Origin: an uncultured Nitrospirota bacterium
GTDB lineage: Bacteria > CG2-30-53-67
Length of the DNA stretch: 64,000 nucleotides
Assembly: GCA_947259355.1 (NCBI GenBank)
Contig: CAMYMF010000014.1
Location: forward strand, 9,180-73,179
Direction of reading: 5' to 3'
Shown here: piece by piece, positions 26,106-35,128 of the stretch
Position numbering within the stretch: position 1 is the stretch's first letter
Layout: each line of letters starts with the position of its first letter
The notes under the pieces: model-generated
Seen by the model: the letters and a program-made list of their open reading frames with translations, nothing else
What the model was told of the DNA's origin: nothing
Databases searched by the model: none
Program-made: the position numbers and the translations under genes

Positions 26106-26879
26106 ATGGTCATCGGCGACACAGTCAGACAGGGTGCGTTCGGCTTCCTCTTCTCCGAGCTCGGCCGCTACGGCTACTTTCTCGCCGAGACCCTGCGCTA
26201 TCTTTTCTACCGCAAGTTCTATCTGGGCAACCTCATTGACGAGATGAATGTCATCGGGAGCCGGTCGGTGCCGATCCTGTCAGCCGTTTCCGCTTTCGTC
26301 GGTATGAATCTCTGCGTGGAGGGGTATATCATCTTCAAGAAGTTCGGCGCCCAGAATCTGGTGGGCATGTTCGTGGCGGTGGCCAATATCCGGGAACTCT
26401 CGCCCCTGGTGGCGGGGCTCATCGTCGGTGCCAAAGCGGGCACCCAGATGGCCGCGCGCATCGGTACCATGCGGGTGACCGACCAGATCGACGCCCTGCA
26501 AGTCATCGGGGTCAACCCCTTTTCTTATCTCGTGATTCCCCGGGTTGCTGCCGCGGTGCTGGTCATGCCGCTCGTCGTGGTGGTGGCCTACTTCTTCAGC
26601 ACCTTGGCGGCCTATATGGTGGCGGTGCTACAGCTCGGATTGAATGGTTCGGCTTTCCTCGAGCTGGTCTATGCCAACATCACCTTAGAGGACATGCTCA
26701 AGGGGATGGTAAAGGGGTCCGTGTTTGGCGGCATCGTGACGACCATCAGCTGCTACAGCGGCTACCGCGCCTGGGGCGGTGCCTGGGGCGTCGGAGTGGC
26801 CACCAATCTGGCCGTCGTCCGGATGGCCACAGCCATGGTCTTTTTCAATATCTTCCTGACGGAAGTGCTCTTCATGTAA
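26106..26879 (+). CDS. mlaE: MlaE-family ABC transporter permease (paralog 2)
   Basis: RELSPLVAGLIVGAKAGTQMAARIGTMRVTDQIDALQVIGVNP. RBS GAGGTGG. Confidence 0.85.
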   Translation: MVIGDTVRQGAFGFLFSELGRYGYFLAETLRYLFYRKFYLGNLIDEMNVIGSRSVPILSAVSAFVGMNLCVEGYIIFKKFGAQNLVGMFVAVANIRELSPLVAGLIVGAKAGTQMAARIGTMRVTDQIDALQVIGVNPFSYLVIPRVAAAVLVMPLVVVVAYFFSTLAAYMVAVLQLGLNGSAFLELVYANITLEDMLKGMVKGSVFGGIVTTISCYSGYRAWGGAWGVGVATNLAVVRMATAMVFFNIFLTEVLFM

Positions 26880-26926
26880 CCCGTTGATCTGTGGACGGTT
26901 GGCGGGGCCTTTGAGGAAGGGAGTCC

Positions 26927-27691
26927 ATGATCGAGTATCGGAACGTTTCCAAATCCTTTGGTGACCTGGTCGTACTGGACGATTTGTCTTGCCGGATTCC
27001 CGATGGTAAGACCACCATGATTATCGGTCCCAGCGGAACGGGAAAAAGCATCTTCATCAAGCTGTTGGTGGGGCTTGAGAAACCGGACCGCGGCGAAGTT
27101 GTGGTGGACGGCCATGTCATTTCGACGCTCTCCGACAGGGAACTCTACGAAGTACGAAAGAAATTCGGCGTACTCTTTCAGGACGGGGCTCTCTTTGATT
27201 CCATGAATGTGGAAGAGAATGTTGCCTTTCCCCTGAGAGAACACACCCGCCTGTCCGAGCGCGAGATTCGCGAGATTGTGGCAGAGAAACTGGCAGCCGT
27301 GGGAATGCCGCAGAGCGGCTGCAGCTGGCCCAATGAGCTCTCCGGGGGCATGCGCAAACGGGTGGCGCTCGCGCGGGCCATTGTCATGGAGCCGGACATC
27401 GTCGTTTTCGATGAGCCGTCGTCCGCGCTGGACCCGGTCACGGCCGATTCCATCGACAACCTGATCCTGGAGATGCAACATCGGCTCAAGTGCACCTTTA
27501 TCGTGGTCAGCCATGACATCGAAAGCACGTTCAAGATCGCCGACTATATCGGGATGCTCTGGCAGGGCAAGCTGATTGCATTCGGGACTCGGGAGGAGGT
27601 GCGCCAGATGCCAAACGAAGTGGTGCAGCAGTTTTTCAGCCGCTGTTCCCAAGGGCCGATACAGATCGTCCCGCCGGTCTGTGAAACGTAG
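26927..27691 (+). CDS. ABC transporter ATP-binding protein (MlaF-like)
   Basis: Walker A GPSGTGKS, signature LSGGMRKRVALARA, Walker B IVVFDEP. Confidence 0.92.
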   Translation: MIEYRNVSKSFGDLVVLDDLSCRIPDGKTTMIIGPSGTGKSIFIKLLVGLEKPDRGEVVVDGHVISTLSDRELYEVRKKFGVLFQDGALFDSMNVEENVAFPLREHTRLSEREIREIVAEKLAAVGMPQSGCSWPNELSGGMRKRVALARAIVMEPDIVVFDEPSSALDPVTADSIDNLILEMQHRLKCTFIVVSHDIESTFKIADYIGMLWQGKLIAFGTREEVRQMPNEVVQQFFSRCSQGPIQIVPPVCET

Positions 27692-27752
27692 CATGACGAC
27701 CGGCATCAATTGACTTCCATCGGGCAGCGCGCCTAACCGAAGTGGGGGAAGC

Positions 27753-28676
27753 ATGGGCCAGAACCGTTTTATCGTACTCGGATTGTTCGTGATCCTCGCG
27801 ATGGGGATGCTCTTTTATCTGGCCTTCAAGGTGGAGTCGTTCACCCTGCAGCGAGGCACAGAGGTGACGGTGCTTTTCGATGACGCCACGGGCCTCAAAA
27901 AGGGCGGCGACGTGAAAATCAAGGGGGTCAACTTCGGGCGGATCTCGAGGCTCGGCTATCGGGACGGCAAGGCCGTGGTCACGCTCCGGTTGCTGGGCGA
28001 CGTGCAGATTCCAAGCGACGCGGGGGCCCGCATTCGCCCCGAGAGCCTTCTGGGTGAGCACTTCCTGGAGCTCACTATCCCCGCGGGAAGCACGGCGCCC
28101 CCAATTGCCTCGGGACATGTCATCACCCATGCCACCAAGGCTGTGGATATCAATGAATTTGTCGATCGCATGGCTCGCTTCATAGAAGGATTCGAGGAGG
28201 ACGATTTCGCCCGAAACCTGAGCGGGGTCGTTCAGACACTCGCGGACAACCGTGAGCGAATCGATGCCATGATCCAAAACCTGGATCAACTGGCCGGCGA
28301 CGCGCGGACATTTCTCGAAACCAACCGGGAATCCCTGGAGAAGACCATCGACAATCTCGAGCGGATCACCGTCTCCTTCGGCAAGAACGCACCCCAAACG
28401 GCCCGCAGCCTCGATCGGGTCATGGCCCGCCTCGACAAACTCACCGCCGATCTGGAGCGGAAATCACCCAACCTGGCGGCGGATCTCGGCGAGACGATGA
28501 AGCATCTCGCGGAGGCGTCCGAGGCACTTCCGGCGACTCTCCAGGAGTTCGATTCGCTCTCGCGGAGGCTTCGCATAACCCTGAATCATGTGGACCGTTT
28601 CCTGATGCAGGAGGTGCCGGACATCAAGAGCATTCTGGAGCAGCGAGGCATCAAGGCGAAAGTCCGAATCTGGTGA
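27753..28676 (+). CDS. mlaD: MlaD/MCE-domain protein with a long C-terminal helical extension
   Basis: An N-terminal TM segment, then an MCE fold (VLFDDATGLKKGGDVKIKGVNFGRI). Confidence 0.85.
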   Translation: MGQNRFIVLGLFVILAMGMLFYLAFKVESFTLQRGTEVTVLFDDATGLKKGGDVKIKGVNFGRISRLGYRDGKAVVTLRLLGDVQIPSDAGARIRPESLLGEHFLELTIPAGSTAPPIASGHVITHATKAVDINEFVDRMARFIEGFEEDDFARNLSGVVQTLADNRERIDAMIQNLDQLAGDARTFLETNRESLEKTIDNLERITVSFGKNAPQTARSLDRVMARLDKLTADLERKSPNLAADLGETMKHLAEASEALPATLQEFDSLSRRLRITLNHVDRFLMQEVPDIKSILEQRGIKAKVRIW

Positions 28677-28725
28677 CCCCAGAGACGAAACGGCGCCTAA
28701 GACCGTGGCACCTGGAGAAAGGACC

Positions 28726-29106
28726 ATGCATCGACGGCTGTTCAACCTCCAAGAGATTCTCGAGAAACTCCCCTCCCAGGCCAGTCGGGCCGTTCTCTTT
28801 GCCGACGAGTACATCCTGGCAAGTCTCTGGAGCCTCGCTCCCGGTGAGCATATCTTTCCCCATCAGCACCCCGGATCGGATGACGTCTGGGTGGTGCTCA
28901 AAGGCGAGGGAGAATACTGGCTGGAGAAGGATGCAGCGCCTTGCAAGCTCAAAGAAGGCATGGTCGCGCTTGCGCCGGCGCGACACACCCATGGGGTGCG
29001 AAATACCGGCAAGCATCGGCTGGTCTTTGTCTCCATTTCGGCACCGCAGCCGCTCGACATCGAAGCCGTGGAAGGGCTCAGCCCAGAAAGCCTGAAGAAA
29101 GGCTAG
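28726..29106 (+). CDS. cupin-domain protein
   Basis: Cupin motifs GEHIFPHQHPGSDDVWVVLKGEG and HTHGVRNTG. The ATG at 28726 follows GGAGAAAGG; the ORF is open from a GTG at 28705. Confidence 0.7.
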   Translation: MHRRLFNLQEILEKLPSQASRAVLFADEYILASLWSLAPGEHIFPHQHPGSDDVWVVLKGEGEYWLEKDAAPCKLKEGMVALAPARHTHGVRNTGKHRLVFVSISAPQPLDIEAVEGLSPESLKKG

Positions 29107-29115
29107 AAACAGCAC

Positions 29116-29297
29116 TAGCCCGAATATTGCATGAGTGATCGTGATGAGGGGTCGAAGAAGGGCCGTAGGCAAGGCGCAGAAGATTTTCTGGCTGAAGACA
29201 TATTGCAATATTTCCAAGTCAGGAAATTCTTCTGCAACGCCGCATACGGCACCTTATCCGGCCTCGTAATAGACTTAATCATGCAATATTCGGGCTA
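29116..29297. mobile_element. MITE-like palindromic element (copy 2, archetype)
   Basis: Perfect 18-bp terminal inverted repeats: AGCCCGAATATTGCATGA (29117-29134) and TCATGCAATATTCGGGCT (29279-29296). Each is flanked by TA. The interior folds as one long imperfect hairpin centred on the 12-nt palindrome ATATTGCAATAT (29200-29211). No coding capacity. Confidence 0.6.
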
Positions 29298-29440
29298 AGG
29301 TGAGACGGGTGGCGGCGGTAACATCCCAAGGCCTGATTCAACTCAGAAATCGTTGGAAATAAGCTCATACTGCTCAAAATGGCGTAGCGGATTGAATCGG
29401 CAGGCGATATGTGGTAAGTTGATACGATTGGCCACGATAG

Positions 29441-29458
29441 TCATGAAATATTCGGGCT
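29441..29458. repeat. solo terminal-repeat copy of the element
   Basis: TCATGAAATATTCGGGCT matches the right TIR at 17 of 18 positions. It directly abuts the RBS of the ahbD-like gene. Confidence 0.5.
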
Positions 29459-29467
29459 GGAAGGAGC

Positions 29468-30547
29468 ATGATCATGCCCAAAGAGTTTGTACCCAAGTGG
29501 ATCGCCTGGGAGACGACGCAGCGCTGCAATCTTCGCTGTGTCCACTGCCGCTGCTCGTCCGATCTGACAGCCTCCGAGGGGGACTTCTCCACTGAGGAGG
29601 GCAAGCAGCTCCTCGACGATATCGTTGAATTCTGCAGCCCGGTGCTGGTTCTCTCCGGCGGCGAACCGCTGCTGAGGCCGGACATCTTTGAGCTGGCCCG
29701 TTACGGGACCGACAAGGGACTTCGGATGTGCATGGCCACCAACGGCACCCTCGTCGACGCCGCGGTCTGCGAGCAGATGAAGGCTTCGGGCATTCGGATC
29801 GTTTCGCTCAGTCTCGACGGTTCCACCGCAGAGATCCATGACAACTTCCGGGACTGTGCCGGTTCCTTTGAGGGGATCATCCGGGGCGCCCGAACGCTCA
29901 AGGAGCACGGGATCGAATTCATCATCAACTCTTCCTTCACGAAACGGAACCAGAACGACATCGCCAACGTGTTCAAACTGGCCAAGGAATTGGGGGCCAC
30001 CGCCTGGTACATGTTTATGATTGTCCCCACAGGCCGCGGCGAGGAGATCATGTCGGAGCTCATCTCCAAGGAAGATTACGAGGAGATTCTCGAGTGGCAC
30101 TACCGGCAGGAGAAAAATGAGAGCGAGCTGCTCATGCGGCCGACCTGTGCACCCCACTACTATCGCCTGGTGCCCCAGCTCGCCAAGAAGGAAGGGGTCA
30201 AATTCGAGCGCAGAAGCCTGAAGTTTTCCACTGGCGGCGGCAAGGGATGCATAGCCGCCCAGTCGATCTGCCTCATCGACTGCTTCGGGGACGTGAAACC
30301 GTGCAGCTATTTCCCGCGAGTGGCGGGCAACGTCAAGCGCGAGAAGTTCCGAGACATTTGGGAGAACGCACAGCTGTTCCAGGAACTGCGGGACTTCACG
30401 AAGTACAAAGGCAAGTGCGGCTCCTGCGAGTTCATCAATGTCTGCGGGGGATGCCGGGCGCGGGCCGACGCAATCCACGGGGACTACCTGGCTGAGGAGC
30501 CGTTCTGTAACTACATCCCGGTGCGGCTGCAGAAGGCGGAGAAGTAA
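29468..30547 (+). CDS. ahbD: radical SAM/SPASM protein of the AhbD (anaerobic heme synthase)/NirJ family
   Basis: CNLRCVHC cluster motif. TCAPHYYR, plus the C-terminal [19 protein letters not shown]...EEPFCNY SPASM region as I recall it for AhbD/NirJ. Adjacent to hemE-hemH. The name is by inference. Confidence 0.75.
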   Translation: MIMPKEFVPKWIAWETTQRCNLRCVHCRCSSDLTASEGDFSTEEGKQLLDDIVEFCSPVLVLSGGEPLLRPDIFELARYGTDKGLRMCMATNGTLVDAAVCEQMKASGIRIVSLSLDGSTAEIHDNFRDCAGSFEGIIRGARTLKEHGIEFIINSSFTKRNQNDIANVFKLAKELGATAWYMFMIVPTGRGEEIMSELISKEDYEEILEWHYRQEKNESELLMRPTCAPHYYRLVPQLAKKEGVKFERRSLKFSTGGGKGCIAAQSICLIDCFGDVKPCSYFPRVAGNVKREKFRDIWENAQLFQELRDFTKYKGKCGSCEFINVCGGCRARADAIHGDYLAEEPFCNYIPVRLQKAEK

Positions 30548-30560
30548 TTCTAAAACCGAC

Positions 30561-31089
30561 TCACCGCAGACGCAAAGGGCGCAAAGGAAAAGCCACTTGT
30601 CGCGAAAGGCAAAACCTAGAAACAATTTTACCGCAGCGGCCGCGGAGGACGCAGAGAAAGGCCTAGTATTTCTAAAGGCAAAACCCGTTCACCACACAAA
30701 GAGCACAAAGGAAAACCAGGAGTCTTTACTATTTTCTGTTTTCCATTTTCTATTTCCTGATGTGGTGGGCGCAAAGGGAAAAGACGTTCTTGAAAGAAAC
30801 AAAGACCTGATTCACCCTACACAACAGTTCGGAGATGAAGTTAGAAGCTATCAATTATAAAGAGAACAATCCAATAATGTCCTCTCCCCTGGGGGAGAGG
30901 ATAAAGGTGAGGGGACGGCCAATACTTGGGTGCTGGTTGCCGATTGCCAGCTGATATTAACAGGGACACAGAGTTGTTATACGAAACATGGGAGGTTCTC
31001 CTCTGCGGCCTCTGCGCACTCTGCGGTAAGATGGGTTATTGCTTTTGACAAAGAGATGTTTTTCTTCGCGCCCTTTGCGCCTGCGGTGA
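30561..31089. repeat. nested inverted-repeat block of purine-rich ~30-mers
   Basis: Forward copies at 30561-30592 (tcaccgcagacgcaaagggcgcaaaggaaaag), 30628-30662 and 30688-30716. Inverted copies at 30996-31029 and 31060-31089. The reverse complement of the last matches the first at 27 of 30 positions. A GC hairpin lies at 30881-30900. Confidence 0.7.
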
Positions 31090-31117
31090 AATAGAATTGT
31101 AAATATGAGGAGAGACG

Positions 31118-32146
31118 ATGGCTTTTAATGATCTGTTTCTGCGGGCCTGTCGGCTCGAGCCGGTGGAGATGACGCCGGTCTGGATGATGCGCCAAGCCGG
31201 AAGGTTTCTGGCAACGTACCGGGCGCTGCGCAAAAAAGCGGACTTTCTCACCATGTGCAAGACGCCGGAGCTCGCGGCCCAGGCGACCCTGCTGCCCATT
31301 GACGAGCTGGGCGTGGATGCGGCCATTCTCTTCTCTGATATTCTCATTCCCGTGGAGGCCATGGGGATGGCACTCGATTTCACGCCGGCGCCGGTCTTTG
31401 CGGAGCCCATCCGGAGCGAAAAACAGATTCAGGCCCTGCGCATCCCCGATCCGGAGGAGTCGGTCCCCTTCGTGTTGGAGGCCATACGCATTCTGCGTCG
31501 GGAGCTGACCGATCGGGTGCCGCTGATCGGCTTTTCCGGCGCGCCCTTCACGCTGGCGACCTATATGGTCGAAGGGAGCGGGTCGAAGAACTTCATTGAA
31601 GTCAAGCGGCTCATGTACCAGGAGCCCGACCTCTTTGCAGCGCTGATGGAGAAGATCACCGAGACCGACACCCGCTATCTGAACGCCCAGATCGCAGCCG
31701 GCGCGCAGGCGGTGCAGATTTTCGATACCTGGGGCGGCATTCTCACCCCCGAAGATTATGAAACCTATGCGCTGCCCTACACCAAAGAGGTCATCGACGG
31801 GTTGAACCGGGATGGTGTTCCCGTCATTCACTATGTGGGCACCGGATCCGCCCTGCTGCCCCTGATCAAAACGGCGGGCTCTGACGTGGTGGGGATCGAC
31901 TGGCGCATCCGCATCGATGAGGCCCGGCGGATCCTGGGGCCGGACACCGCTGTGCAGGGGAACTTCGATCCCACAGCCCTCTTTGCACCGGTCCCGGAGA
32001 TCCAACGTCGGGTCAAGGAGATCCTCCACCGGGCAGGCGATGCACCGGGCCATATCTTCAATCTGGGACACGGGATTCTGCCGCCGACCCCCGAAGACCA
32101 TGCCAAGGCCCTCATCGACGCTGTGCACACCTACAGCCGGAAGTAA
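31118..32146 (+). CDS. hemE: uroporphyrinogen decarboxylase
   Basis: PVWMMRQAGR signature and a 342-aa length typical of HemE. RBS GAGGAGAG. Confidence 0.93.
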   Translation: MAFNDLFLRACRLEPVEMTPVWMMRQAGRFLATYRALRKKADFLTMCKTPELAAQATLLPIDELGVDAAILFSDILIPVEAMGMALDFTPAPVFAEPIRSEKQIQALRIPDPEESVPFVLEAIRILRRELTDRVPLIGFSGAPFTLATYMVEGSGSKNFIEVKRLMYQEPDLFAALMEKITETDTRYLNAQIAAGAQAVQIFDTWGGILTPEDYETYALPYTKEVIDGLNRDGVPVIHYVGTGSALLPLIKTAGSDVVGIDWRIRIDEARRILGPDTAVQGNFDPTALFAPVPEIQRRVKEILHRAGDAPGHIFNLGHGILPPTPEDHAKALIDAVHTYSRK

Positions 32147-32151
32147 GTCCC

Positions 32152-33111
32152 ATGGCATCCAAGGCAGCGGTCATCCTTCTCAACATGGGCGGCCCCGAAA
32201 ACGAAGGCCAGGTCCGGCCTTTCCTGCGCAATCTCTTCGCCGACCGGGAGATCATTCAGCTGCCGCTCCAGCCGCTGCTGTCCCGTCTGATCATCTTTTT
32301 TCGGACCCCCAAGGTGATTAAGAACTACCGCATGATCGGCGGCGGTTCTCCCTTGATCAAGATCACCAACGCGCAGGCCGAGGCCTTGGAAAAGGAACTC
32401 CAGGCGCAAGGGCTCGATGCCTCGGTGCATGTGGCCATGCGCTACACACCGCCCCGGGCCGATGAGGCCGTCGCGGCGGCGCTGGACAAAGGGGCCGAGA
32501 CCCTGCTGATCCTGCCCCTTTACCCACATCACTCCCGGGCCACCACCGGCTCCAGTCTGAACGATCTGCACCGGTCCATCCAGGCCCGTTCGGAAGCGTT
32601 ACAGATCCGGGAGGTCACCAGCTGGTGCGACCACCCCGCCTATCTGGATGCCCTGGCCGCGAAGGTCCGTGCCGGACTGGACGCCTTTACCGCCGAGCAT
32701 CGCGACCAGGTCGAAGTCATTTTCTCCGCGCATGCCTTGCCTCAGAAGATGATCGACGATGGCGACCCCTATCTGGACGAGACGAAACGAAGCGTGCAGG
32801 GTGTCCTGGATCGCATCGGGCCCATCTCGCATCACCTCGCTTTTCAAAGCCGAAGCGGTCCCGTGGAGTGGATGCGGCCCGGCACAGAAGAAGTGATCGA
32901 TCTTCTCGCGGCGAAAGGGAAAAAAGCCCTTCTCATGGTCCCTGTGAGTTTCGTCTCCGATCACATCGAGACCCTCTACGAGATCGACATCCTCTATAAG
33001 GAACAGGCCCTGGCGCGGGGGATTGTGGAGTACCGCAGGAGCGAATCGCTCAATACCGACCCCGCTTTTATTGGGGCGCTGGCAGGGATTGTCCTCGAAA
33101 AACTTCAGTGA
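32152..33111 (+). CDS. hemH: ferrochelatase (protoporphyrin or coproporphyrin type)
   Basis: AVILLNMGGPEN N-terminus, ILPLYPHHS, FSAHALP, PVSFVSDHIETLYEIDI. Confidence 0.9.
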   Translation: MASKAAVILLNMGGPENEGQVRPFLRNLFADREIIQLPLQPLLSRLIIFFRTPKVIKNYRMIGGGSPLIKITNAQAEALEKELQAQGLDASVHVAMRYTPPRADEAVAAALDKGAETLLILPLYPHHSRATTGSSLNDLHRSIQARSEALQIREVTSWCDHPAYLDALAAKVRAGLDAFTAEHRDQVEVIFSAHALPQKMIDDGDPYLDETKRSVQGVLDRIGPISHHLAFQSRSGPVEWMRPGTEEVIDLLAAKGKKALLMVPVSFVSDHIETLYEIDILYKEQALARGIVEYRRSESLNTDPAFIGALAGIVLEKLQ

Positions 33112-33214
33112 ATTGCGGTGGTCTGGTGAAGCCTTCACAGGTGCGAGAGAGGCCCTTTTGCGCAGAGGCACCGGGGTGAATGCTATCGCCATGTCGTCGA
33201 AGGCAATCACGTCT

Positions 33215-34780
33215 TCATGTCTCGACATCCAGCAGGATCTTTCTCGCAAGCCTAGGAAGATAATCTTCTTTCCCGGAAGTATCGATAATGAAGTGCTGCG
33301 CGGGGGAGATCCCGGTGATCGGTTCCCGGATCTCTTTCTGGGACAGGTAGATCTCCCACCGGCCGTCTGAGATGGTTCCGACTTCACGGATCCGGTCAGA
33401 GAGCCTCTTCTTGACTTCTTCTTCAGGGCAGGTGACTTCAATGACAAAGAAGGGGGCGCGGTGTCTGTCTGCGAGCCTCTGAGCGGCGTCTCGCTGCGCT
33501 TGCTTCAGGTAGGTGGCATCGAGGATGACGGGACGACCCTGCCGTAGGGCTTCCTCGGCCTCGGACAAGAGGGTCTGGTAGGTTTTCCGGGAGGTCTCCT
33601 GCGAGTAGATTCCTTTCCCAAAGGCTTCGAAGCGGTGATCCTCGGGGGCCACGCGGGAGATTTCTTTTCGGATCGGGTCGCTCTGGAAGAGGGCCAGGTC
33701 CAACTCCGAGGCCAAGGCTTCGGCCAGTCGGCTCTTGCCTGTGCCGGTGAGACCGGAGGTGATCAGCAAGTAAGGCTGGGCGTCGGCGTAGGTGTCGGCC
33801 AGCGCGAAGTACTTCCGGGCTTGCGACAGGTGCTTCTTGCGGGCTTCCTCGGTCAGGGCGTTGCCCGCACTTTGAAAACTTTCCACCTTGCCCCGCACAT
33901 AGGCCCGGTAGCACTTGTAGAACCGGATCACCTTGAGCAGTTCCCAATCCTGACTGTACTCGATGTAGGTCTCGACGAGGGCTCGAGACAAGTCGGCGCG
34001 GTGATGGAAATCGAGATCCATCGCAAGAAAGGCGAGGTCCGCGGCCACATCGGTGTATCGGAATCGGCGGTTGAACTCAATGCAATCGAAAATAACGATG
34101 GGCTCTACGATGCAGATGTGCTCCATGCGTATGTCGCCGTGGCAGTCCCGAATCCGTTCTTCCGCAACCCGCCTTCGAAACAGGGAGCGGCGCCGCTCCA
34201 GGAAGCCCCGGGTGTACGCCGTGATCCGCTCAAACTGCTCAGGGGTGAGCGTTGTGCCGATGAAGGCTTCGGTCTGCCGGAAGTTCTCCTCCGTGTTCTT
34301 GGCCACGCGGGCCACTGTCCCGTACAGGGAGATTTCAGGATCCGTTCGCGCGCGGCTGTGAAAACCGACGAGCTTCAGCGCGATCTTCCGGATGATGTCC
34401 GCATCGATTTCCCCCCGTGCCAACAGCCGATCCATCATCCGCGCCTCGGGAATGCGGCGCATCTTGACAGCATATTCCACCACGTCGCCTTTCGCCTCGA
34501 GATGGATGCCCCGCTCACTTTCGTAGATGACCAGCACGCCGAGATAGACGCCGGGCGAGAGGCGCCGATTCAGGCGGACCTCCTGCTGGCAGAAGAAGTG
34601 CCGCGCGGACAGGGTGGTGAAGTCTAGAAAACCGAAGTCCACCGGCTTCTTGACTTTGTAGACGAAATGATCGGTGAGAAAGAGGGTGGAGATGTGCGTC
34701 TCCCGGACGGTGACGGCCGAAGGAGCGTCGGGATAAAAGGCGGGATCCCCCATGGCCTGTAAGATCAGGCTTTGCTCCAA
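33215..34780 (-). CDS. bifunctional phosphotransferase-like (APH fold) / P-loop kinase protein
   Basis: The N-terminal half carries kinase-like CHGDIRMEHI. The C-terminal half carries Walker A GLTGTGKS. TTG start preceded by GGGAGGTG. Confidence 0.8.
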   Translation of the reverse strand: MEQSLILQAMGDPAFYPDAPSAVTVRETHISTLFLTDHFVYKVKKPVDFGFLDFTTLSARHFFCQQEVRLNRRLSPGVYLGVLVIYESERGIHLEAKGDVVEYAVKMRRIPEARMMDRLLARGEIDADIIRKIALKLVGFHSRARTDPEISLYGTVARVAKNTEENFRQTEAFIGTTLTPEQFERITAYTRGFLERRRSLFRRRVAEERIRDCHGDIRMEHICIVEPIVIFDCIEFNRRFRYTDVAADLAFLAMDLDFHHRADLSRALVETYIEYSQDWELLKVIRFYKCYRAYVRGKVESFQSAGNALTEEARKKHLSQARKYFALADTYADAQPYLLITSGLTGTGKSRLAEALASELDLALFQSDPIRKEISRVAPEDHRFEAFGKGIYSQETSRKTYQTLLSEAEEALRQGRPVILDATYLKQAQRDAAQRLADRHRAPFFVIEVTCPEEEVKKRLSDRIREVGTISDGRWEIYLSQKEIREPITGISPAQHFIIDTSGKEDYLPRLARKILLDVET

Positions 34781-35128
34781 CGCTTTTTCACCTCCCGGGG
34801 GGCTCCTTCATCGGGGAACTATGGCAAGATATCTTGGGCTCCCCTACTTGGGTGTCATTATTCCAGCTTTTCAATCGACCACTTGACCCCAAGATACCTA
34901 TTTCCTGAAGCCATCGGAGACGGCATAGATAAAGTTGAGCGGGGCACGCGAAGCGTAATCCTTGACCCTTTGAACCCTCATGTCATTCAGTGCAGTGCTG
35001 CCTGTTCGAGCGAAAACAGTATGGCGCCAAAGTGAGGCGCAGTAAGAAGCGCCAGCTGCAAGGTTTGCTGCGCCCTGAGGAGTCAGCCCAGATCTTGCAC
35101 GAGGAAATCTATTACGAGACCGGGTAAG

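Noticed and set aside
30561-31089. Possible CRISPR array
   Set aside because: The repeats are degenerate, irregularly spaced and present in both orientations. No cas genes are in the window.
29441-32158. Two long minus-strand ORFs (29441-30625 and 30977-32158)
   Set aside because: Antisense to the ahbD-like gene and to hemE respectively.
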